Origin: Patescibacteria group bacterium
Lineage (GTDB): Bacteria; Patescibacteriota; Patescibacteriia; UBA1558; UBA10009
Length of the DNA: 55,298 bases
Reading direction: 5' to 3'
Assembly (NCBI GenBank): GCA_018818425.1
Contig: JAHISB010000046.1
Location: forward strand, 1 to 55,298
Below the pieces are notes generated by a model. The model made no database searches, was not told the origin of the DNA, and worked only from the letters and a program-made list of their open reading frames with translations. Shown piece by piece: positions 47,716-55,298 of the stretch. Both the position numbers and the translations under genes were made by a program. The stretch's first letter is position 1. Each line of letters begins with the position of its first letter.

Positions 47716-48331
47716 ATTTATAGGTTCCGTTTTTAATTTGTTTAAGACCCTGCTGTTCCATTTTTATTCTTTGTTTAAGCCAATCGCTTTGATAAACTGA
47801 ATCAATCTCTTTTTGCCATTTGCCTGGATTATCTTTTATAACTACTTCTTCAGCGGTAATAAATTTTATCTCAACTTGTTTTAATAAATCTTTTAATTCA
47901 TCCAAGTGCTCAAGCATAGCTTTAACTCTGTGAACATGCCATTGATTGGTGATAATTTTCAAATATTTTAAATTATAATTCTCTATTATTTTTTTTAGTT
48001 CTTTTAACTGCTGATAGGTGTTATTAGAATTATTCTCCTCTATAATAACTTCTCCTGGAATGCCTAAATCTGTCAGTTCAGCCTTTATAATTTTAGATAG
48101 GTCAGGACGGCCAGCTTTATCATTTTTAATGTCCCAACCCCGACCGCCACTGGCAATAATATATTGATCAGGATTTTGCTTATATAAAATACTGGCTGCT
48201 AAAACTCGTAAATTCCCGCCCGGCGCTCCATAACTGTTATCTTCTTGATTTAAATCGGTATTCTTCCACTCCCCTTGACTATCTTTTTTAATACCGGCGC
48301 TTAATACTACTATGGCTTCTTTTGATTTCAT
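47708..48331 (-). CDS. YdcF/DUF218-family protein
   Basis: IVVLSAG, R...A, IASGG, E..S.NT, ITNQWHVHR. Confidence 0.7.
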   Translation of the reverse strand: MKSKEAIVVLSAGIKKDSQGEWKNTDLNQEDNSYGAPGGNLRVLAASILYKQNPDQYIIASGGRGWDIKNDKAGRPDLSKIIKAELTDLGIPGEVIIEENNSNNTYQQLKELKKIIENYNLKYLKIITNQWHVHRVKAMLEHLDELKDLLKQVEIKFITAEEVVIKDNPGKWQKEIDSVYQSDWLKQRIKMEQQGLKQIKNGTYKYE

Positions 48332-48332
48332 C

Positions 48333-49622
48333 TTACCTGATTTTAAAAATATTAGAAATCGGCTGGCCTTTAAGGTGCTCTTTTAATTTATCCTGATCAA
48401 TTAACCGCCTCAGTTCGGGAAAAATTTTCTTATATACCAAAAGTAATTTATTGATATCACTTATAGTATGACTAAAGCTGATATTATGCTGCCCATACCA
48501 CAAAATGCCTGACTGTAGAATCTCCTGCTGAAGGTAGGTTTTAATCTCCAAACCGGAATATTTTTTAGTATCGGAAATAATAAATACCTGCCAGCAGGGT
48601 TTGCCTTGAACTTTGATAAGATCACCCAAACCATTCTGCTTTAATAGCTGATTGGTTTTATTTTGCAAATATCTGCCTTTTTTCCAAATATTTTGAATTA
48701 CCTTCTGCTTTTTTAGCTCCTGGATAGTGGCAATGGCTGCGGCCAATGATAAAGTTTCTCCGCCAAAAGTAAATGAATAAAAGATATCATTGACCTTTTT
48801 CATATATTTTTTTCTGCCGACTAAGGCGGCGATAGGCATGCCATTAGCCATTGATTTGCCAAAAGTTGCCAAATCTGGAATCACTTTAAAGTACTTTTGA
48901 GCGCTGCCCAATGGATATCTAAAGCCGGTAATGATTTCATCAAAAATCAGCAAAGCGCCATTTTGGTTAGTTAGTGATTTTACTTTCTGTAAAAAATTAT
49001 CTTTGGGCTCAACATAGCTCATTGGTTCCATAATAACGGCCGCGATCTTATTTTTATATCGCTTAAAGATATTTTTAAGAGAATTAATATCATTATAAGT
49101 AAAGCTGTGAGTCATGGCGCGCGTGCTTTTTGGCACCCCCAGTTTTCTGGCAGTTGACCCAATATACCAATCGTGCCAACCGTGATAGCCGCAAACACAG
49201 ACATGTTCTCGTTCAGTAACAGCTCTGGCTAATCTCACCGCCCCGGTAGTAACATCAGAACCATTTTTACCAAACCTAACCATTTCGGCGCAAGGAATAA
49301 GCTTAATTAACAATCTGGCTAATTCATATTCTAAAGGCGAAGGTAAAGAAAAATTAATACCTTTCTTTAGCTGCTTTTTTATGGCCAAATCAACTGCTTG
49401 ATATTGATAGCCCAAAATTACTGATAACAGGCCATTGATAAAATCAATATACTGATTGCCGTCAACATCCCAAACCTTTGAACCCTGACCGTGGGTTATA
49501 AAAAGCGGCGCCTGACCTTTAATGTACTGAAGGTAACTTTTACTAAAAGTCTGCGAAGCCAAAGGAATCATCTCGCTTACTTTTTTGAAAAGCTGATTGC
49601 TCTTCTTAAATTTTTCTTTCAT
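48333..49622 (-). CDS. Class III aminotransferase (GSA-aminomutase-like, glycan-associated)
   Basis: WDVDGNQYID, FGKNGSD, GYHGWHDW, FDEIITGFR, TFGKSMANG. Confidence 0.9.
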   Translation of the reverse strand: MKEKFKKSNQLFKKVSEMIPLASQTFSKSYLQYIKGQAPLFITHGQGSKVWDVDGNQYIDFINGLLSVILGYQYQAVDLAIKKQLKKGINFSLPSPLEYELARLLIKLIPCAEMVRFGKNGSDVTTGAVRLARAVTEREHVCVCGYHGWHDWYIGSTARKLGVPKSTRAMTHSFTYNDINSLKNIFKRYKNKIAAVIMEPMSYVEPKDNFLQKVKSLTNQNGALLIFDEIITGFRYPLGSAQKYFKVIPDLATFGKSMANGMPIAALVGRKKYMKKVNDIFYSFTFGGETLSLAAAIATIQELKKQKVIQNIWKKGRYLQNKTNQLLKQNGLGDLIKVQGKPCWQVFIISDTKKYSGLEIKTYLQQEILQSGILWYGQHNISFSHTISDINKLLLVYKKIFPELRRLIDQDKLKEHLKGQPISNIFKIR

Positions 49623-49680
49623 ACATATTCTATTATTTTAAATAATGTTGTAAAATTATAACTATAAATATTTTGTTAAT

Positions 49681-50556
49681 ATGCCTTGGCAATTGGTTAT
49701 TATTATTTACATCTTTACCTCAAATATTGTTACGGCGATTTTAATTAAAAAGATTGTTAGTTTGCCCTCTAAAACAATACGTCAGTACTGGCAATACTTT
49801 TTTTGTGTTTTGCTATCACTGGCTTTTTTGATTATTAAAGGAGGTTCTGTGGCAACGCCTGTAATTCTGATAATCGGCACTCTGGGCATTCTTAATAGCT
49901 TAGCTGTTTTTTGTGAATGGCGGGCTGTTAATATTAGCTTAAGCAAAACATCGCTCTTTGCCCAAGCCGATGATATTTTTGCCATACTGCTGGGCTTTGC
50001 TTTTTTAAACGAGCTAAAAATCCTTAACCCCTTGCTGATAGCAGGAATTATCCTTTGTTTTAGCGCGGCCATACTGCTGCTTAGCCGCCGGTCGATTAAC
50101 AATGGATTTAAAGATGGTAACAAAAGATTGTTATGGCTTATCTTAGGCTTTAGCTTTATCTGGGGCTTGACTGCTTTTTTGATGCGCTATTTTGCTTTGG
50201 AAGGCGTTACTTTCCCGGTATTTTTGCTGGGCTGGTACGGCGGTTCATTAATCGGCACGGCTTTTATTTATAAATTTAAGTACGGGAAGAGGCAGAGCCG
50301 TGCCCTCAAGCCAAAAGAAATTTTAAATGTTTTTCCCTTGTCTTTTTTTATCTGGGTTTCTCTGCTTTTGGCCTACTGGGTATATCATCTGGCGCCTATT
50401 GCCATTGTTCAGCCGATTTTTTTGGTTACCAAAATGATTTTCCCGACGCTTGTTGGTTTGTATTTTTTCAAAGAAAGGAAAGATTTAACCTCAATTGAAA
50501 TTTTGGCAATGATCATCGGCTTTATTGGAGGGCTGATTATTGCTTTAGGTTTTTAA
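49681..50556 (+). CDS. EamA/DMT-family transporter
   Basis: About 10 TM with two-fold repeat (FLNE, FFKE); lone plus-strand gene in the locus. Confidence 0.75.
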   Translation: MPWQLVIIIYIFTSNIVTAILIKKIVSLPSKTIRQYWQYFFCVLLSLAFLIIKGGSVATPVILIIGTLGILNSLAVFCEWRAVNISLSKTSLFAQADDIFAILLGFAFLNELKILNPLLIAGIILCFSAAILLLSRRSINNGFKDGNKRLLWLILGFSFIWGLTAFLMRYFALEGVTFPVFLLGWYGGSLIGTAFIYKFKYGKRQSRALKPKEILNVFPLSFFIWVSLLLAYWVYHLAPIAIVQPIFLVTKMIFPTLVGLYFFKERKDLTSIEILAMIIGFIGGLIIALGF

Positions 50557-50570
50557 AATTTAAAGAACGT

Positions 50571-50642
50571 TTTTATCCAGCACCTTCCAGACAGCCCCGC
50601 TATCCCGCACCAAAGTGGTGCTAGGAAGGTGATGGATTTATT
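50571..50642. repeat. Inverted-repeat element of the ATCCAGCACCT family, copy 2
   Basis: atccagcaccttcc...ggaaggtgatggat (13/14 stem) with inner gcacca-aag-tggtgc. Confidence 0.75.
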
Positions 50643-51414
50643 TATCGCCATCAACTATTCTATCCTCTCTTAATGACTTTAACAGCCCTTCATTCCTGAT
50701 AATATGCATATTCTTTTTCATAATTTGAGGATTTTTTTCTAAAAGTGAAATATAATCTAAATAGCCGGCGGTTTGACTGCTGTTTTTTATTAAAAACTCA
50801 ACCACTTCAAAATCCTCCTTATTATCTACTGTTAATCTGAAATTTGCATAGTTTTTTTTAGCCGCTAAATTGCCTTTTTTAAACTTTTTATTTTTTCTGA
50901 TGTACTGGGTAACGTGTTCACGCTCCGAAAGAAGCCAGGCGTTTTTTGCTGATTCAGCCAAAGCATCTTTAGCAAAAATCTCCACATCCAGGCCATCGGG
51001 AAAAGTTTCCTTTTCAATATTGCTGGCATAATCAAAGCTGTTTTCTTCAAAAAAATTGATAACATCGTCTACTACTTTAGGATCAATTAACGGGCAGTCG
51101 CCGGTTATTCTAATTATATTTTTGTATTCAGGATATTTTAATGAACATTGATAGTAACGATCTAAAACATCTTGCTCTGAACCGCGAAAACAGTTAATTT
51201 TGATTTGTTGACATAGCTCTGCAATTTTATCGTCCTGTTTATTAATGGTGGTGGCCACCACAATTCTATCTATCTTTTTTGCTTGCTGGACCCTTTTTAT
51301 TTCATATTCCAATAAAGTGATGTTATTTACTTTTAATAAGACCTTCCCCGGCAGTCTGGTGGCGCCCATCCGGGCTTGGATTATGCACAGGTTCTTGTTT
51401 ATCTTTTTAGACAT
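50638..51414 (-). CDS. SpsF-like cytidylyltransferase
   Basis: IIQARMGATRLPGKVL, RGSEQDVLDRY, RITGDCPLID, REHVT, RLTVD..ED. Confidence 0.92.
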   Translation of the reverse strand: MSKKINKNLCIIQARMGATRLPGKVLLKVNNITLLEYEIKRVQQAKKIDRIVVATTINKQDDKIAELCQQIKINCFRGSEQDVLDRYYQCSLKYPEYKNIIRITGDCPLIDPKVVDDVINFFEENSFDYASNIEKETFPDGLDVEIFAKDALAESAKNAWLLSEREHVTQYIRKNKKFKKGNLAAKKNYANFRLTVDNKEDFEVVEFLIKNSSQTAGYLDYISLLEKNPQIMKKNMHIIRNEGLLKSLREDRIVDGDK

Positions 51415-52379
51415 ATTTTTAAAACATCATCAGCAGTCTTTAAATCGTTGAAAGTTTTCTGTTTCTTTTTTAAACAGCTGAAAAAATATTTTACTTCATC
51501 AATAAAAACTTTATTAAAATCAAAATTCTTAATTGCAAATAATTTTTTACTGCTATCATGACTTTTTAACCAGACAATATTACGGTTGAAATCCCATTCT
51601 AAATTGCCTTTGGCGCCAATCACCTTACAGTTCCTGGTATAGTTTTGCTGAAGATAATCGCATTTGACTGAACCAACAACATTATTTTTGAATTTAAATG
51701 CAGCCAGGCAGATGTCCTCGGTTTCAATTTTTAAATTGCTGACTTGATCAAAAACAAATTTTGACTGTTTGATGTCTGCAAAATTATTCAGCCAAAACAA
51801 TAAATCAAATTCATGAATGTCATCTAAAATAATGCCGCCGCCCGTGGCTTTTTTAGCCGCGTAATTCTTTTTATAATCCTGTTTAGGTCGCCAGTAAGGA
51901 AGGTAATAACCAAATTCGTGGCTGATGCTGTAAACTTTTCCCAGCTTGCCCTGCTCTAAATAGTTCTTGATGAACTTTAAACAAGGATGAAATCTCATGT
52001 TGCAGCCAACCATAGTTATTAATTTCTTCTTCTGGCAAATTTCGATTAACTTATCAATATTATTGAAATTATGCGATAAGGGCTTTTCTATAAATAAGTG
52101 ACAACCGGCTTGGGCACATAAAAGAGCTGTTTTTATATGAACGTTATTAGGGTTACAAATAAAAATAACGTCAAATTTTTTTAATTCACTAACAGTTATT
52201 CTTCTTATAGTCTTATAGTCTTTTAATCTTTTTTCATCTTGAGCTTGTTGAAAGGTAATCTTCTTTTCATCAACATCAAAAACAGTTATATCTTTATAGC
52301 CAAGCTTAATTAGATTATTGTAATGACGTTGACCAATAGAGCCGAGTCCGACAATTAGAATTTTGCTTTTTTTATTCAT
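51399..52379 (-). CDS. Gfo/Idh/MocA-family oxidoreductase
   Basis: GLGSIGQRH, IEKP, GCNMRF, GGGIILDDIHEFD. Confidence 0.9.
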   Translation of the reverse strand: MNKKSKILIVGLGSIGQRHYNNLIKLGYKDITVFDVDEKKITFQQAQDEKRLKDYKTIRRITVSELKKFDVIFICNPNNVHIKTALLCAQAGCHLFIEKPLSHNFNNIDKLIEICQKKKLITMVGCNMRFHPCLKFIKNYLEQGKLGKVYSISHEFGYYLPYWRPKQDYKKNYAAKKATGGGIILDDIHEFDLLFWLNNFADIKQSKFVFDQVSNLKIETEDICLAAFKFKNNVVGSVKCDYLQQNYTRNCKVIGAKGNLEWDFNRNIVWLKSHDSSKKLFAIKNFDFNKVFIDEVKYFFSCLKKKQKTFNDLKTADDVLKICLKR

Positions 52380-52424
52380 TAAAAATTTAAGATGAATAGT
52401 GAAAAATTTGGCTAATCTTAGTAA

Positions 52425-52453
52425 TTTATATTGACAACTGCGTAACTTCTGTT
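52425..52453. repeat. 29-bp dispersed motif copy 2
   Basis: 25/29 identical to 34848-34876. Confidence 0.7.
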
Positions 52454-52454
52454 A

Positions 52455-53672
52455 TTAATTATTATTATTTATTTTTTTCTGACGTTCATTAAATAATTTA
52501 ATACTTTCGGCTGATAAATGAACTGGACCATAGGCCGAGGAACCGCCCCAGATATTATCTTTAACCCACTCATTATTCTCAATTCTCCAGACCCGCGGAT
52601 CTCTAAAGGTATCGGCAGTCTGCCAAAACTCGTTCTTAGTCATGCCAACATAATTTAGCCAATAATCTAAATCGCTGGAAACAACGTGGTCGTACTTTTT
52701 AACCATTTCTATGCCCTGCTCACGGGTTAAATATCCCGTCCGAATATCTTTAGAAGCATGATCAGAAGCCCGGCCATAGCCAAATTTAATGAATTTTAAC
52801 AAGTCATGAGCGCCGTTTTCGTACCTGTCATCCAAATTGGAAAATTGCCTATAGGTTCTTTCAAACGGCTCCTCCCTAGGTTTCCAGCCATATTTTTCTT
52901 GAACCATTTTTGCGTGCTTGTTGGGATTCCATTCAAAAAAATTCCCGATAAATATGCCCCTGACGCCGACTTTTAAAATTTCCTCATCGGACGGATATTT
53001 AGCCCATGATAAATCATTTTCCGTAAGTTTTTCTTTTTCATCATTAAGCATATCATACCATTCATAACCACGCAGATCGTGCTCATGCCTAACACGGGCG
53101 CTGAATTCTACAAAATCATCCGGGTCGTACATGCCGGAAATATCCCAATTAGTTTCACCCCAAATAATTAGTGGGATTTTATGCCTAACCGCAGTTTGAA
53201 TGGGATAGGTCATAATACCGCAATGGTTATGCCAGTTCATATCTCCCATTTTTTTAAAACAGATTCTGTTTAATTTTTTCAGCGCTTCTACACTGGGGCC
53301 AAATACCAGGTGATCTGCATCAAATACCTGGCGCATTCTATCCCTGTTATAATCACCCTCGGGTAAATAGTTATTGCCATGATAAGTAACCAAAAGCGGT
53401 TTTAAACCATATTCGCTGACAATTATATGAGTTTGGTAATAGCTATCTTTGCCACCGCTGACTGGAATAACGCAATCATAACCCGATTTATTATTCTTGA
53501 TAACTTCTTTCAGAATGCTTTCAAACTTCTTTTTGCGCTTTTCCCAAAACTCCGGGGTTAATTCCTTGAACTTTTCAAAAGTCCGGCAGCTGGAACAAGC
53601 TCCGTTACTGTCTATCTCCAGATTAACGGTTATTTGAGGATAAACGCATTTAGTACAGTATTTCATATACAC
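52455..53672 (-). CDS. N-acetyl sugar amidotransferase (PseA/WbuX-like)
   Basis: YCTKC, C..C, YDCVIPVSGGKDS PP-loop, KFGYGRA. Confidence 0.92.
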   Translation of the reverse strand: MYMKYCTKCVYPQITVNLEIDSNGACSSCRTFEKFKELTPEFWEKRKKKFESILKEVIKNNKSGYDCVIPVSGGKDSYYQTHIIVSEYGLKPLLVTYHGNNYLPEGDYNRDRMRQVFDADHLVFGPSVEALKKLNRICFKKMGDMNWHNHCGIMTYPIQTAVRHKIPLIIWGETNWDISGMYDPDDFVEFSARVRHEHDLRGYEWYDMLNDEKEKLTENDLSWAKYPSDEEILKVGVRGIFIGNFFEWNPNKHAKMVQEKYGWKPREEPFERTYRQFSNLDDRYENGAHDLLKFIKFGYGRASDHASKDIRTGYLTREQGIEMVKKYDHVVSSDLDYWLNYVGMTKNEFWQTADTFRDPRVWRIENNEWVKDNIWGGSSAYGPVHLSAESIKLFNERQKKINNNN

Positions 53673-53676
53673 TATT

Positions 53677-54486
53677 TCAAATATTGATTAATAAGTCCGG
53701 CGGTCTAACATTATAGCCATTATCGTAAAGATACTTTTTTGCCAGATAAACGCTTTGGTCAATGTATTGAAAAATGTTCGCTGCCGCCACAGCATCGGCT
53801 TTGGTTTTTCTAAAAACTTCTGCAAAATGGGACCACTCGCCGGCGCCGCCGCAGGCAATTACTGGAATTTTTACGCTTGCAGAAACTTTTTTTATAAGTT
53901 CAATGTCAAAACCTGTTTGCTGACCGTCGCGATTGATGGAATTTAGTAAAATCTCGCCGGCACCTTGTGTTTCAACAATTTTTGCCCATTCTTCCGGCTG
54001 ATACTGCGTTCTTTCTGTGCCGCCTTTAGACATCACGGCATATTGGCCATCAACAACTTTAACATCCATTGAAATTACTATACATTGGGAGCCAAACTCT
54101 TTAGCAGCCAGAGAAATAAACTCTTTATCTTCCAAGGCCTTGGTGTTTATTGACACTTTATCTGCTCCTAAAGTTAAGTACTCCCTGATATCTTCTTTAG
54201 TTCTAATTCTGCCTCCAACTGTTATGGGCATAAAAGTTACTTTAGAAACATCTTTGATTATTTCTTTAAATGAACTGCGGTTTGGATATCCTTGGTCGTC
54301 TCGGCGCAAATCGTGCCTCTCGGTTTTAGAAATATTTAAATAGATCAACTCATCTGACGCCCATTCGCTAAACCTTTTTACAGAAGTGATAGGATTGCCT
54401 AAGTTCTGGTAGCGCTTAAATTCCTTACTCTGAACCAGCCAGCCATCCCTTAATAACAATATTGGTATAAGACGATTTTTTTTCAT
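53677..54486 (-). CDS. HisF-like cyclase subunit of a glycan amidation module (WbuZ-like)
   Basis: RLIPILL, DELIYL, MPITVGG, GADKVSIN, GAGEILLNSI.RDG; flanked by amidotransferase and HisH-like genes. Confidence 0.88.
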   Translation of the reverse strand: MKKNRLIPILLLRDGWLVQSKEFKRYQNLGNPITSVKRFSEWASDELIYLNISKTERHDLRRDDQGYPNRSSFKEIIKDVSKVTFMPITVGGRIRTKEDIREYLTLGADKVSINTKALEDKEFISLAAKEFGSQCIVISMDVKVVDGQYAVMSKGGTERTQYQPEEWAKIVETQGAGEILLNSINRDGQQTGFDIELIKKVSASVKIPVIACGGAGEWSHFAEVFRKTKADAVAAANIFQYIDQSVYLAKKYLYDNGYNVRPPDLLINI

Positions 54487-54494
54487 TACATTTT

Positions 54495-54550
54495 AATAAA
54501 TCCAGCACCTTCTTTTCGAAGTTTACTTTACAGGCAGGTGCTGGATAAAA
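54495..54550. repeat. Inverted-repeat element of the ATCCAGCACCT family, copy 3 (opposite orientation to copy 2)
   Basis: aataaatccagcacct...aggtgctggataaaa, perfect 11-bp arms; supplies the HisH-like C-terminus FIQHLPVK*. Confidence 0.75.
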
Positions 54551-55155
54551 TTTTCTAGTAAAATCCTGCCGGCTTTCTGGCTTTTTTCTGGATGAAACTG
54601 AACGCCGAATATATTATCCTTGGATATTATAGAACAGAATTTCTCCCCATACTCTGTAGTAGCAATTACATTTGAAGCATCTTTTTCTTTAAAAGCATAA
54701 CTATGAACAAAATAGAAATCCTGATTATCATCAAATTTCTCTAATAATGGGGATTCTTTAATGATGTTGATATTATTCCAACCAATATGGGGCAAGGGGA
54801 GTTCGCCTGATTCCATTTTAATAACTTCTCCGGCAATCCAGCCCAAACCTTGATGCTCGCCAAATTCATAACCTTTATCAGCCAAAACCTGCATGCCAAC
54901 GCAAATCCCCAAAAAAGGTTTTTTATCTTTTAAGACGGCCTGGCTCAAGACGTCTAAAGGAATTTTCTTTTTTATTTTTTCCATAGCCGCACCAAAAGCA
55001 CCGACACCAGGCAATACTATATGGCTGGCTGACTCAATATCTGCGGTCTTATTAGAAACCACAACCTTTTCAAGAAGTAAAATTTTAAATATATTATAAA
55101 CCGATTGGACATTGCCAGAGCCATAATCTAAAATACAAACTCTTAAGTTATTCAT
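54523..55155 (-). CDS. HisH-like glutaminase subunit (WbuY-like)
   Basis: DYGSGN, LPGVGAF, LGICVGMQ, PHIGWN, FYFVHSY, QFHPEKS; ATG 55155 preferred since the extension is encoded by a repeat. Confidence 0.92.
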   Translation of the reverse strand: MNNLRVCILDYGSGNVQSVYNIFKILLLEKVVVSNKTADIESASHIVLPGVGAFGAAMEKIKKKIPLDVLSQAVLKDKKPFLGICVGMQVLADKGYEFGEHQGLGWIAGEVIKMESGELPLPHIGWNNINIIKESPLLEKFDDNQDFYFVHSYAFKEKDASNVIATTEYGEKFCSIISKDNIFGVQFHPEKSQKAGRILLENFIQHLPVK

Positions 55156-55159
55156 ATTA

Positions 55160-55238
55160 AAGTCAGACACCCCCGCCAAAGGCGGTGGCTTGATGAGTGG
55201 GGTCGCCTCAAAGGCGATCCAAATCATCGTGGGTAGTT
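55160..55238. mobile_element. About 80-bp palindromic mini-element copy 2, IS200/IS605-end-like
   Basis: gtcagacacccccgccaaaggcggtggcttg...cgtgggtagttt; homologous to 35623-35703. Confidence 0.65.
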
Positions 55239-55248
55239 TAATTATAAA

Positions 55249-55298
55249 TTAAAACGCTCCTTGCTCAAAACTTGTTTCTGTTGCTTCCTGTTCTTTGA
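55249..55298 (-). CDS. 3' end of an upstream gene truncated by the window edge
   Basis: Open frame KEQEATETSFEQGAF* on the operon strand. Confidence 0.35.
   Translation of the reverse strand, partial: KEQEATETSFEQGAF

Noticed and set aside
48333-49622. hemL (tetrapyrrole synthesis)
   Set aside because: Context with SpsF/PseI and the GYHGWHDW variant point to the glycan-associated class III aminotransferase group.
505-55099. Many 60-113-aa ORFs overlapping long genes (antisense or alternate frame)
   Set aside because: Shadows of well-supported CDSs with no motifs of their own.
53677-55155. hisF/hisH as histidine biosynthesis genes
   Set aside because: Adjacent to an N-acetyl sugar amidotransferase with no other his genes; this is the glycan amidation module.

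Overview
AT-rich bacterial window, standard genetic code, mostly minus-strand genes. The style (surface-glycan gene load, S8/FG-GAP protease, near-leaderless starts, repeat-filled spacers) suggests a Patescibacteria/CPR genome, but this is inference only. It is one large surface-glycosylation region. The left half (1-34.4 kb) carries rmlB/rmlD/an RmlC-like cupin, ugd, two UXS-like SDRs, GT2/GT4/GT-C glycosyltransferases, GtrA, an O-antigen-ligase-like TPR protein, an initiating phosphoglycosyl transferase and SAM-cycle genes (metK, ahcY, PfkB kinase). A methyltransferase cassette and a Dcm/HaeII-like/Vsr/HigA restriction-modification island are inserted there. The right half (34.9-55.3 kb) is a nonulosonic-acid/capsule-type locus (NeuA, two NeuB/PseI synthases, SpsF, PseH, amidotransferase-HisF-HisH trio, several methyltransferases), preceded by decayed transketolase and IS200 tnpA fragments. 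The most unusual signal is non-coding: (i) many gene junctions hold 7-9-nt-periodic, often self-complementary tracts with different units but shared architecture; (ii) the same kind of tract lies in-frame inside at least five proteins; (iii) GC-rich mini-hairpins are nested in those tracts; (iv) a methyltransferase gene sits between two ~140-bp direct repeats containing such a palindrome, whose central loop is inverted between copies; (v) three more dispersed mini-element families mark junctions in the right half. No rRNA, tRNA or CRISPR array was seen. All family calls are from motif recognition by eye; no searches were run.
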